Origin: Kondoa subrosea
Taxonomy: Eukaryota
Length of the DNA: 58,902 nucleotides
Assembly: GCA_039545335.1 (NCBI GenBank)
Contig: BCIN01000001.1
Location: 2,415,129 to 2,474,030, forward strand
Reading direction: 5' to 3'
Both the position numbers and the translations under genes were made by a program. Of this stretch, positions 1-12,203 are shown piece after piece; position 1 is the stretch's first letter, and each line of letters starts with the position of its first letter. The notes below the pieces were generated by a model. That model saw only the letters and a list, made by a program, of their open reading frames with translations. It did no database searches and was not told where the DNA came from.

Positions 1-626
1 TTCACATCCGATTTCTCTTTCTCTTCAGACGAAGCAGCAAAGCCAGTGATGGAAGACCACCAATCAGCAGGAGAAGAAAGAGCAGGCATAGTGAAGAGAG
101 GTTTTGGAGCATCTGAAGAAGAAGTAGTAGTAATCTGCGGTTCCTGAGCTTCTTTGTTGAGATTCTGCGTTGAATGATATTGCACTTTATCTACTGCACG
201 CTTTCGTGAGAGACCTTTGCCAACGAAAAGATCTAGAAAGCTGTTGTTCTGTGAAACATCTTCAGGTCTGTCTTCTTGCAAGCTCCGTCGTCCTTTAGCA
301 TCTTCAGGGATCCCGAGAGATATCGTTGAATACGATGCTTTCCGCGCAACGGTGTCAAGCGAGCGAGCACGCTTCAGAGTTGCAGGCAAATTACTATGAG
401 ACAGCAGAAGATTGCTTGGCCTAGAAAGATCAGGCAAGGTTGGCACTTGAGCAACAGATGTTGCAGCTTCAGATGCTTGTCCAGCTCGTAGCAGAAGAGC
501 AGGCTGGCCAGACGGAGTCCTTTCCTTAGCGATGACGGCTTTCGAGGGTGTTGCCAATCCGCCTGCCGCAGCCATACTTCGTGTAGTGTCGCTCATGGCA
601 AATCGTGCGAGCTTTCTTGTGAGCAT
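1..626 (-). CDS. 5' part of an unknown protein, running off the left edge
   Basis: Stop-free frame from ATG 626 (MLTRKLARFAMSDTTRS...; second in-frame ATG at 596) to base 1. Ser/Ala-rich, with an Arg-rich N-terminus like a mitochondrial presequence. Absent from the ORF track because no stop lies in the window. Confidence 0.6.
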   Translation of the reverse strand, partial: MLTRKLARFAMSDTTRSMAAAGGLATPSKAVIAKERTPSGQPALLLRAGQASEAATSVAQVPTLPDLSRPSNLLLSHSNLPATLKRARSLDTVARKASYSTISLGIPEDAKGRRSLQEDRPEDVSQNNSFLDLFVGKGLSRKRAVDKVQYHSTQNLNKEAQEPQITTTSSSDAPKPLFTMPALSSPADWWSSITGFAASSEEKEKSDV

Positions 627-908
627 ACCAATGCTAGTCCATGCTGGCGAATATCACTGTTGTCTGTCGACCTCGGGCTCGAAATCAAACGATTGTCATT
701 GTGCTTCTTCAGTCGCGCTCTTGCTTTCGCGAACAGTCATCTGCTTGTGTTCTCCGTCATACACTCCTCCGACGTACAGCTTTGCCATCTCGCTCGCGTG
801 TCTGCTAGACGCTGATATAAGTCTGAATTGTGAGATACTTCACCGCTGGTGTTGTCCATCTTCTGTTCCTTACTCTCATCTGAATCCTGAAGTCTTCCGT
901 ATTGCAAG

Positions 909-2209
909 ATGTCCGCGTCAGACTATGAAATCATCTCATACAAATACCGCACAAAAGAGCTTGATCTTTACCTTCCTCCGAACCCTATTTCCACATCCCT
1001 TCCATTGATCTGCTTCTTCCACGGCGGTAGGTCATTTACGCGCTATCATTGCAAAAGCTATGCCTGAAGATCGCGTAAAGGAGGACTTGTCACTGGCTCG
1101 CATAAGCCAAGCGTGCGTCTTCCTTGGTGGTTGGTAGGTCTGTACCTCAACTCAGGGTTGTAGTCACTCTTCCTCATTACTAGGCATTTCAGAGGATTGC
1201 CATAAACGAGGTTTTGCATTCGCGTCCATTGGTTATTCCTTCCTACCAGAATTCACGGGGTTCGATATACTAGAGGATGTCAAAGCTCTTATGCCTGCCT
1301 TGGTCTCTGATGATCTGCGTTCCCATCTGCCCGATGGAATCTGCATTGACCCAAAACGTATTGCTCTGGTGTCAGTATAACCTCCTGTCCGTGCGCACTA
1401 TGCTTAGTGATCGCGCAGTGGCTCTTCAGCTGGAGCGTACCTGTGCAGACTAGCTGCATTGCATGCGGATCCGAAACCTGCCGCGCTTGGGTTGGTCAGT
1501 CATTTCAACCCTCCGTCCCGTTGTGCGAAATAAGCTAACTAATACGGTATAGCTCTGGGGAATGGGAGGCTCCTTTTTTACAGACTTCTGGTTTGATCCT
1601 CATATTCCACGGTAAATCAAAGATTGTTAATGCTTGAAGGCATACAATTACAACTTCATGGTTCTCAGATTCTTTGATGGCTCGATGTACATCAGACCGC
1701 CGAGCGAATTTGGGCCTGATCCACTGATCGAATGGTTCGAGAGCGGAACTTATTTGGACCACTTGATTGGTCAAAAGGGGTTCTCAGAGAAGTTCCGATC
1801 AATGACAAGGGAAGAAAGGATCAAGAGCTTGCCTGAACAATACAGAGTTCTGTTTCCGGAATTCAGAGCAAAAGAGTTCCCACCAACATTCTTAGTGCAG
1901 TAAGTATTGTCGCAAATGACGAATGAGCGCTATCTGACCTTGTCTCAGTGGGAAAGAGGACAGCGTTGTGCTAGTGCAGGAAAGCGAGGATACTTTTGAA
2001 GCGCTCAAAAAAGCAGAAACCGCGACCGAGATACGGTATGTCTTCTCCTTTTGGCGCAAATGAAGCTTCTTACGCGTCTCTCGCTCAGAGTGGTCACAGG
2101 CGAACACAGCTTGAGAGTTCTGTACAAAACAACGGAGTATAAGCAAGCAGAAGAGTTTCCAGCTTTACAAAAAGGAATGGTCGAATTCTTGGCACAACAT
2201 ATAAAGTAG
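909..2209 (+). CDS. Alpha/beta-hydrolase (HSL-like esterase/lipase), multi-exon
   Basis: Spliced translation gives MSASDYEII...LICFFHG|GGLVTGS (HGGG oxyanion motif split by the intron at 1027-1080), nucleophile elbow GSSAG, FPPTFLV..GKEDSVV and GEH. TAG at 2207-2209. Confidence 0.8.
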
Positions 2210-2305
2210 AGATGGGCGTAAAATAGATAGACAAATGCATGACTCTATCAGAAGACTAAGTGTGACAGTGACCCCGAATACCCATACCTTCCAAAGTCGT
2301 TTGAT

Positions 2306-4341
2306 TTACAGAATGAATGTAAGCGGGTTTTCAAGAAGATCTTTGAAGGCTTTCATCCATTTAGCTCCAACCGCGCCATCAACAACCTATAAGAAAATTG
2401 TATTCAGTCAAAAAGGAAGGTAGTTGAGCGATCTAATTACGCACTCTGTGATCCGCACTCAAAGTAGCTTCCATCACTTGAATAGCTTTGAAGCCCTTTT
2501 CACTCTCAGGATCTGAAACGACCTTTTCAACATTAGTTCCCACAGCCAATATACATGCTTGCGGTGGGTTGATAATAGCAGTGAAGTTGGTGACGCCGAA
2601 CATGCCCAAGTTGGAAATTGTGAAAGTACCTCCTTGGTATTCGTCTGGCTTGAGTTTGTTGTCTCGAGCTTTCTTGACTAGTTCTTTAGTTGTTGTTGAA
2701 ATACTTGCTAGACCTTTCGAACCGGCATCTTTAACAATAGGTGTAATGAGACCAGTAGGTGTTGCAACAGCTACTGAAATGTCTGCTTTGTGATATCTGA
2801 AGAAGAAGAAGAAAAACACTTCTTAGCTAAAAGTTTCGATCAACAACCAGAATTTCACGTACTGCCTGATTGTCTCTCCTAACCATGCTGAGTTGGCTTC
2901 CGGTACTTCTTGTAAGGCCAAAGCAGCAGCTTTGACAATGAAATCGTTGACGCTCAATTTGACCGACTTTGGACCAGCGTTGCCTCCATCTGCGGCTTTC
3001 TTTGCTGCATTGTTGAAGACTTCACGCAATTTCATTAATCGATCTACTCTGATTTCAGCAGTTACGTAGTAGTGAGGTACGTTTTGCTTGGATTCTAGAA
3101 GACGTTGACCAATAGTCTTGCGCATGTTGGACACAGGAATATCGGTGTAAGGCAATTCGGCAGCACCTGGAGCAGGAGATGAAGGAGTAGAGGTAGCCGC
3201 AGCTTTCTTGGAGGAAGAAGAAGATGAAGAAGAGGCGGAAGTTGAAGCTGAAGCTGAAGCTGGTGCGGCAGATTTCGCTGGCGCTTTGTAGTTTTCGACA
3301 TCGCTCTTGATGATGCGTCCATTGGGACCAGTTCCCTTGATATCTTTGAGAGCAATGCCCTTGTCTGACGCCATACGCTTGGCAACAGGTGTAGCGAAGA
3401 TGAAGTCTCTCGGTCTCGAAGAAGAAGCTGACGAGTCTTCCTGTTGAGATGAACTCGACTGTTGTTGTTTGTCGGCTGATTTGGTAGCGCCCGTTTGTGT
3501 TGCTGGGTTTCCAGATTCTTTGGCTGATTGCTCTGCAGCTTTCTTTTGTGGTTCATCGTCAACCTTGGCTTTGGTGGCAGGTTCAGGTGTATCATCTTCC
3601 TGCTTCTGTTCACCTTCGCTCTCTGCTTCCTTGATAAGCTTCTGAATTTCTGCATCGCTAACATCGTCTCCCTCTTCAGCCATGATAGCGATCACTTTCC
3701 CGACCTCTACGCCTTTTGCGCCATCTGAGACCTGAAAAAGCGAGATCAGCGAATATTGTGACTTGCATTTGTTCTACTGACTAGAATCTTGACTAACGAA
3801 CCCTCTTCTTGTGCTTCGACGTCCATTGTAGCTGTGGATATTCACAACGTAAGACAAGTTTCGATATCTAACGTAATACCACAAACCTTTATCTGTTTCG
3901 ATCTCGAGCAAGACATCACCAGGAGCAAAAGTATCTCCTTCTTTCTTCTTCCAGGCAGACTGTGGGTTTCACCACAAAGTCAAACGTCAAGTTTCTCATA
4001 ACTTTGCGAGCGAGTAAGCTTACAAGACCACCTTCTGTCATTGTGGGTGACATTGCAGGCATAGTGAATTTTGAAAGAGCTTGAGAAGGTGCTGAAGCGT
4101 GCAGGGCTACAATAAAACAAAGCGATAAGTCAGCCCTTATGCACTTCCAGACGAATCAGGAGTTCTCGAGAGACAGAAAAGTCTGCAAGACTCTCAGAGA
4201 CTCATATGCAGACTTCCAGACATGCACAGAGCCATGAATCTGGGAAACGGATCACCCAACAAAGAAATCTGTCAATGCACCTCTGTTGCCGCTACATCTT
4301 GCTGATCGCGCTGCGCTTCTTGCTGCTAGTAATCTGAGCAT
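2306..4341 (-). CDS. LAT1: Pyruvate dehydrogenase E2, dihydrolipoamide acetyltransferase
   Basis: Presequence [20 protein letters not shown]; lipoyl motif IETDK|ATMDVE; E3-binding domain ATPVAKRMA...GTGPNGRI; catalytic [11 protein letters not shown] and SADHR|VVDGA; ends ENPLTFIL*. Confidence 0.97.
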
Positions 4342-4519
4342 CGTGTTGTGGGTATCAGGCAGAGAGACAGGCTAGAAGAGCAAAAGTAGTATCGTTTGCA
4401 GACAACAGCCAAGTGCTTGATTTTGAATCTTGCTCAACTCGGGACGCCCATGGACTGTTGCTGATCTCGTTACTAGTCGCTCGTTGACGCTACACTAGAA
4501 GCCTCGCACAAGAATCGGA

Positions 4520-6865
4520 ATGAAGCTGCTAGGCTTTCTTCTCGCTTTCCTGCCGCTGATCCATGCTTATCAATTAGTCGTGTAAGTCCTTACATCAAGC
4601 CAGAATCATAGCAATGCTCATATCTCATTCGTATACAGGAGCTCAGAAGATGAGAACAGGCAGGTAATGGGCCAAGCATTGATCAATGGAAGTAGCATCT
4701 ATCCGCTGACACCGACCATTTCTTTGCGATTAGGTCTGTTCTGGTTTATGGGGTAGTGGAGGTGTTAGAGATCCAGAAATCAATATCGTCTTCAGTCCAG
4801 CTTCAACCGGAGGTTAGCTCATGCACGCGCGCAAAGCCAAGCATTTGCATATGTGTTAACCTTGATCTGGTTTCGACAGCATTGGCTGTAATCGTCTATG
4901 AATGGAAAGACTCGCGTTTCTTAGGCGTGGACTCCGATGGGAGCGGTGCTGGTGAGAATCAGGTATCTTTGCACGTCAATCAACTCAATCTTCGCATGAC
5001 TAACTTGTTATTGCGTAGTGGGAAGATCAAAGGATATACGTCTGTACCTTATCAGCAATGAGAGCGAATCGTGGGTCGTCTCAAGGCAACCCGTGCAATT
5101 ACTCATCGCTATCGACAGTATGTACGGAAGAATCGCTGGGCAGATTCATCATCTCCATGCCAGAAGGCATGTCAGTTAACGATACAAGTATATGGACAGA
5201 AGCAGTTCGGTTTGATGTGGCAGATCATGAAGATGGCAATCTCCCGCCAGCGAATGCTGGACCTTTCACTTATCCAGTAAAAAAGACCGGATACTACTGC
5301 GTCGGATTGGTACCTGTGGTCTACGAACAACCCCAAACAGAAACTCCTAGCGATCAAGCTGTAGATGGCGAATTGACTGGTCGATCAATCTATACTGGAG
5401 TAGTGGATTTCGAGAATGTCTTCTTGGGTCATTTACCAGCTGCAGAATATCCCAAGATCTGGGTAAGGACCACTGTTGTAGGTGCCCTAGTCTTCACTGA
5501 AGATGTCTACAGTTTTACTTCTGCCTGGGTTTCATCTACTTGATATTCGGAATCGCTTGGGCAGCTTTGTGCTACAAACACAGGCAAGATCTGATACCGC
5601 TGCAAGTAAGGTTTCGATACTTTCAGAAGTTGATCGCAAGTATCCTGATGATAATCCATGCAGAACTATGTCTCTTTCACTTTAGCTTTCCTAACAATCG
5701 AAATGTTCGCAATTTATACCTATTACAACTATCTCAATCAATACGGAGGAAGAGGAATGAGTAATTTCCTACTCGTAGTGGGTATGGCATCTCTCTCAAA
5801 CTATGTGTTACCTTGTTCGAATGTTTTGTGCAACAGTATCTGTTCTGAACGCAGCGCGAAACTCGATATCCTTTTTCTTGCTATGCATTGTTTGTATGGG
5901 ATTGGGTGTAGTTCGAGAATCATTGGGTCCGCTCATGCTCAGGGTCCGGATATTGGCTTTCATTCACTTCATCTTCGGTATTCTGTAAGTGAAGCGGTGC
6001 ATTTTCTTTGGTGTCGCACCTCATTCCGACTCTACAGCTACTCTGTGGGAACAGTAACTGTTCCACTTGAGAGTGCTGGCATCTTCAGTAAGCCTTCTAC
6101 AAGTCCCGATGAGACATGCTCAGTGTGCATTTTCAGTTCTTCTGATGATCTTGCCCCTGGCTTTCACCCTTTCAGCGTTCATGATGTGGATCAGTGAGTG
6201 GCCTAATTCCATAAAACCTTAATACCCACTCTGAACATCTCACACAGTGTGGTCGCTGAACTCAACGATCCAAGATCTAGAACAAAGAAAGCAAACCTAC
6301 AAGAAACAAATGTTCCTTAAACTCTATCGAATCCTTTTATGCGCCGTGATAGTCATCATGGCCTTCTTTGTACTATCATCTATATCCTTTTCAAATCGGT
6401 TAGATGAGGATTTCGCTCCCGATACTTGGAAAACTCGATGGTGGTTGTTAGATGGCTGGTTGAGCATTTTATACCTTTGCGTAAGTTTCTGCTTTTTTGA
6501 GGAGTTCATATAAGAGAGCTGATTCCGCGGACAGGTTTTTGCGGCAATTGCCTTTTTATGGAGACCGACTGGATCTAATCAGAGATTAGCCATGTCGGAC
6601 GAATTAGCAACCGATGATCTGGAAGCAGACGAATTCGAAGTGGATTCGCTTGAAAATGGGAAACGGAAACGGAACGGTGTTGCAGAAGATGGGTGCGTAC
6701 AAAAAAGCTAACAAAAGTTCCTCTCGTACTTGCTGATTGTATTGCTCTCAAAGTGTTGTATTCGATCTAGGCGAGGAAGATGATGAGGACGATGTTAAGA
6801 GTGGAAGAAGAGACAGCGGCTCAGACGATCAAGGCAATTCAGGATACAGCAAAGTCAGAGCATAG
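4520..6865 (+). CDS. PTM1: PTM1/GPR107 (Lung 7-TM) family membrane protein
   Basis: Signal peptide MKLLGFLLAFLPLIHA; YPVKKTGYYCV; GHLPAAEYPK; LNAARNSISFFLL; WKTRWWLLDGWL; WRPTGSNQRLAMSDE; acidic tail. Many GT-AG introns. Confidence 0.9.
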
Positions 6866-7094
6866 ATAACCTTTCGGTATAGCATGATAGAGAACAGAAC
6901 ATTTTATCTGTTCTATGAAAAGCTTAGACCGCGAGAGAGTATGACATGATGAAAGTCGTGCAAGAGGGAAATCAAATTTGTCTTTCTCATTCCAGCGAAC
7001 CAACAACATACTACTTCTTCTTTTCTAGCTATTCGAAAGGAAAATCATCGTCTATATCTCGATTGCCCATAAAGTGAAACGGATGGAAAATCCT

Positions 7095-8452
<1,358 letters not shown>

Positions 8453-8966
8453 CTTGATCTAAGACTGTATGTAGTGTAAGGTGGTGAAGCTGATAGTGAG
8501 AGAAGGAAGGAAAGTCAAGAGGACACGAGGGTTGAGACGAGTTGTGATTCCAGATGTTTAGAAAAAGGGAAGGAATAAGAGCGTCTACCGTTAGCCTCTG
8601 GCCTCGTGAGGTGCTTGTGGGCTTACTGACCTATGGAATAGGAGGCAAAAACCAGAACAGTACGCTGTTTAAGGTGAAACTCAACTTGCTTCGAATGAAG
8701 CTGACTCTTGCCACTACTCAGTCTTACCTCGAGCGCGTACCGCTGGTATCGTGCAACGAGCTATTATGGACTTGCTATTGAGCTCTACACGGATTTTCTT
8801 ACATAGCCTTCGATTTAAGTTTGCATCGCTTTCTCGCTTAGCTTCTCCATTTTCTCTTTCCTTACCTCTTTGCTCTCAAAATCTCTCCTCTTATCCGGCT
8901 GGACCGTATCTCGTTTGGCTTCGCGACTCGAGCTGGTCTTGTCTCGCCTTAATTCATCAAGATTTC

Positions 8967-9509
8967 ATGTTTCTTCCCTCCAAGCGAGACTATGACACCC
9001 CTCTAGAATCCTCAGCAGTCGACTCCTTGAAATCCTGGTCTAAGAATCCAATCCCATATATAGTCATTGCTTCTGTCTTATGTTTCATTCTATTAATGGC
9101 AGGGATTACTACTCTTGTAACTGCTCAAAGAAGGAAAAGGAAAAGATCTAAGTTTGAGGACAAGTATAAAGAACGTTTACAAGGGATTCATGAGAGAGCA
9201 AGACTGGGGAAATTGAAACCTATTTTCTTACTCAAGAAGCAGAATTCTGGCACTATGGATTTAGATTTAGAGAATCAAGATTCTGATTCGAAAGAGGAGG
9301 AGGAAGTTGAGAAGGAGAAGGAGGTTGTGGTAATACCGGACCTCGTCAAGACTAGTCCTACTTTCGATGCAGGTTTAGCTAAACCCGAAGCAGCTCATTT
9401 GAAACTCGACTCTATGCCTGAAGAAGAAAGCGGCCCAATCTCCAGCGCCAGAGCTAAACTCAGGCAAATGAGACAAGCGAACAGAAGTAGTATCAGAGTT
9501 CTACCCTAG
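8967..9509 (+). CDS. Hypothetical single-pass membrane protein (~180 aa)
   Basis: From ATG 8967: a hydrophobic segment IVIASVLCFILLMAGITTLV, then the basic stop-transfer RRKRKR and an acidic/disordered tail. No family recognised. Confidence 0.6.
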   Translation: MFLPSKRDYDTPLESSAVDSLKSWSKNPIPYIVIASVLCFILLMAGITTLVTAQRRKRKRSKFEDKYKERLQGIHERARLGKLKPIFLLKKQNSGTMDLDLENQDSDSKEEEEVEKEKEVVVIPDLVKTSPTFDAGLAKPEAAHLKLDSMPEEESGPISSARAKLRQMRQANRSSIRVLP

Positions 9510-9588
9510 TCCCATTTCTTTGTTACCATTCATTCATTTACAATATAATGCTACCCGTCAAAAGTTACACAATAAACCTCTCTCATAC

Positions 9589-11075
9589 TCAAAGTCTTAC
9601 ATATCGCTCAGGCTCGTCTTTCAGCTCGAAATCGCAGATCTTGTAGAGGGACTCCCATTCACTACAGTCTGAGTGAGCTCTGGCACTCAAAAAGAGCTAT
9701 ACCGAGACATACATTGAGCATCTTTGAAAGGATCTCTGATTTGAACAGCATGCGGTCCAGGTGAAGGTGCAGCGCTGCTGCTGCTACCGAACGAATTGAA
9801 AATGTGACTGATTTGTGAAGTAGAATTGGATTGCGACTGTAGTGCAGCTGGCGCAAAAGAGCCAGAGATTGAAGATAAGGTTTGTGTTGAAGCTAGAGTA
9901 GATCCCGAGTTGCCTAGACCGTATAAAAAGCCCCTACAACGGATTCTTGTCAGTGACAGATTTCGTCGAGGCAAGAGAAGAGAAGTTACATATACTTGGA
10001 ATCATCAATTTGATCTTCAAAGAACTTATTCCGCATCTTGAAAAATGTTGAAGCTGTTAAGAGACTGTCACTACCCGCTTGATGCTGCGTCCCGACGCGC
10101 GCAACCTGACCAACGATAATCAGCTCTGCAGCTCTGGAGGGAGTGAAAAGCATACTTGAAGGTCATCGGCGACTTCTTGTAAACCTCCTTTAAGCGGTTT
10201 ACAACTCTTCATGAGGAATTCTGAGCAAACGTCAGTCTGAGATAAGTGACTTTAGCAGAAGAAGGCACTCACTGATGTCGTATATACATGGGAACCAGAT
10301 CTTGAGAAGCTCAAAGAACTCATTCTCCGACGCAGGTAAAGGTGAGCAAGAGACGACTTTGAGTAAATATCCAAAGTCGTATCCACTGCGGCACGGGAAG
10401 CACAGTATCAGTATAAAGCGAGCAGAGGAAATGAGACGAGGCAAACCTGTGAAAGGAGATCCACTTGACATCGTCCAGAAGCACAAGACCACTTGAGATG
10501 AGCAATTCGCCAAAGTGATGCGCTTCGATGCCATGTTCCTCATGCTTTTTGAAATTGATACCAGCTTTCGTTAACAGCTCTATCGATTCTTGTGCAAACA
10601 TGTCGTCGCTGGACAATACACCCTTAGCATCGAAGGACAGGCTTTGGTTTTGGCTGAACATACTGAATAGAGAATTTAAAGTTGAATTGCCAAGTACAAA
10701 CACCTTCAGGCGTCTCTCCGTTTGCGTCGCAGAAGCTCAGACCGAGTTGTATTATCCGCAACAAATCCACGTTACATCTACATTGCGCAACAGCTCATTC
10801 ACCACTGAGCTTGCTCCCGAGCGACTTGACGTACCTTAGAGTCTGATAGTGATAGTCTGAAGAAGTCTTGAATTTGCCCATTGGTCTAGCTACCACTCCT
10901 GGAAACTCGGTGTCCTGTAACGCAGTTTGAGATTTGAGCGTATTCACTTGCTTCCTTTAAACATAGTAGGACGAACCATAGCAACGAAGGGATACTTTTC
11001 AACCACCTCTCTCATGTGCTCCATTTCTGCTTCCAGATCATCCTTCCATACATCGATGATTCGCGGATTTGACAT
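9589..11075 (-). CDS. POP2: CCR4-NOT deadenylase subunit CAF1/POP2 (DEDD nuclease)
   Basis: [10 protein letters not shown]...[60 protein letters not shown]. Catalytic residues intact. The last exon (to 9589) is less certain; the unspliced stop is at 9687. Confidence 0.95.
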
Positions 11076-11323
11076 TTGTTCTCTCTCTTGCCAGGTCTTA
11101 GGCTCCTCTGTATAGCGCAAGCTTCTGGCTATTCCAAGCTCTTCCCTGAGCACGCTCTGCCAGGCTTGACTGCGAAAGATCTGCACTTGCTTTCAAACTT
11201 GGTTCGAGTACAAGCGAGATTTCTGTCGTCGCTTCTTCAACTCGAGCAGCCACAACCATCTCCTTAGTGCTCGTGACAGCTGTGTCTAAAAGCCCTCGTT
11301 AGCAAGAGATCAATACGGCAGCC

Positions 11324-12149
11324 ATGCCCCGAAGGCGACAAACAGTAGCTTTGATTATCCTTCAAGAGGTATGGACTCCTTCATGGAGGCTAATACACCA
11401 GAGCTGACATACAGCTCGTGCAGACCCAAACGATCGTCACTCTTCTGGTCGCGCTAGGCATTCTTCATCTCAGGACAGCTCATAGCATCTATTATGCTTT
11501 GGGTGCAACAGCATCAGCAGTCTTTGGTCGGTTTCTTACTGCTATCTTCCGTTCTCGTAAAATATCTTAATTGAAGTCTTATGTTCCAGCCAAACTACTA
11601 AAGAAAGTAATCAAACAACCTCGACCAACGAAAACGCTCAAGAAGACTTATGGCATGCCATCAACTCATTCAGCTTCCATAGGGTTCCTAGGAACTTACT
11701 TGACTCTTTCCGCACTCTTCTTACATCCTCATAATCGCTTACCATTCTATTCTTCTTCTCGCTTCAGCAATAACCCAGATCTCCATCAATACGAACGTCT
11801 TCTTCTTGCTTCTCTCAGTACGATTACTATGAACGCTGTTTGGTGGAGTAGAGTTAAATTGGGTCATCATACTCCTGCGCAAGTTATAGTGGGCGCTTCG
11901 ATAGGTTGTACTTTCGCTTGTCTTGCTTTCCCATCATGGATGGGATCCGAATGGATTGAAAGAAGAGTTGGGATATCTTTAGGTAGTACAATCATACCAT
12001 CAGAAGGGTGGAGACTGTATGGGAGAATGTTTGAGAGGGTGATAGAGGATTTAGCTTTCTTAGCTTTGGAAAGCTGGCAAACAAGGACATTAACTCCATT
12101 GATTGGTCCATTAATGAGTACAGCAAAAGCAATACTATACAATTCGTGA
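11324..12149 (+). CDS. CAX4: PAP2-family lipid phosphatase (dolichyl pyrophosphate phosphatase-like)
   Basis: PAP2 motifs KKVIKQPRP, YGMPSTHS and SRVKLGHHTPAQV. Two 5' introns; ATG at 11324. Confidence 0.8.
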
Positions 12150-12203
12150 GCCTGATGTATCCTCTTCCTTTCCACCTGTCTGTTGCCTTCAGACTTTCTT
12201 CAT

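Noticed and set aside
4150..4200. TPP riboswitch in the LAT1 intron (CTGAGA and GAACTCCTGAT on the minus strand)
   Set aside because: The P2 continuation (ATAC) and the P5 GGATAATRCC..GCGAAAG elements are missing, and the spacing is wrong.
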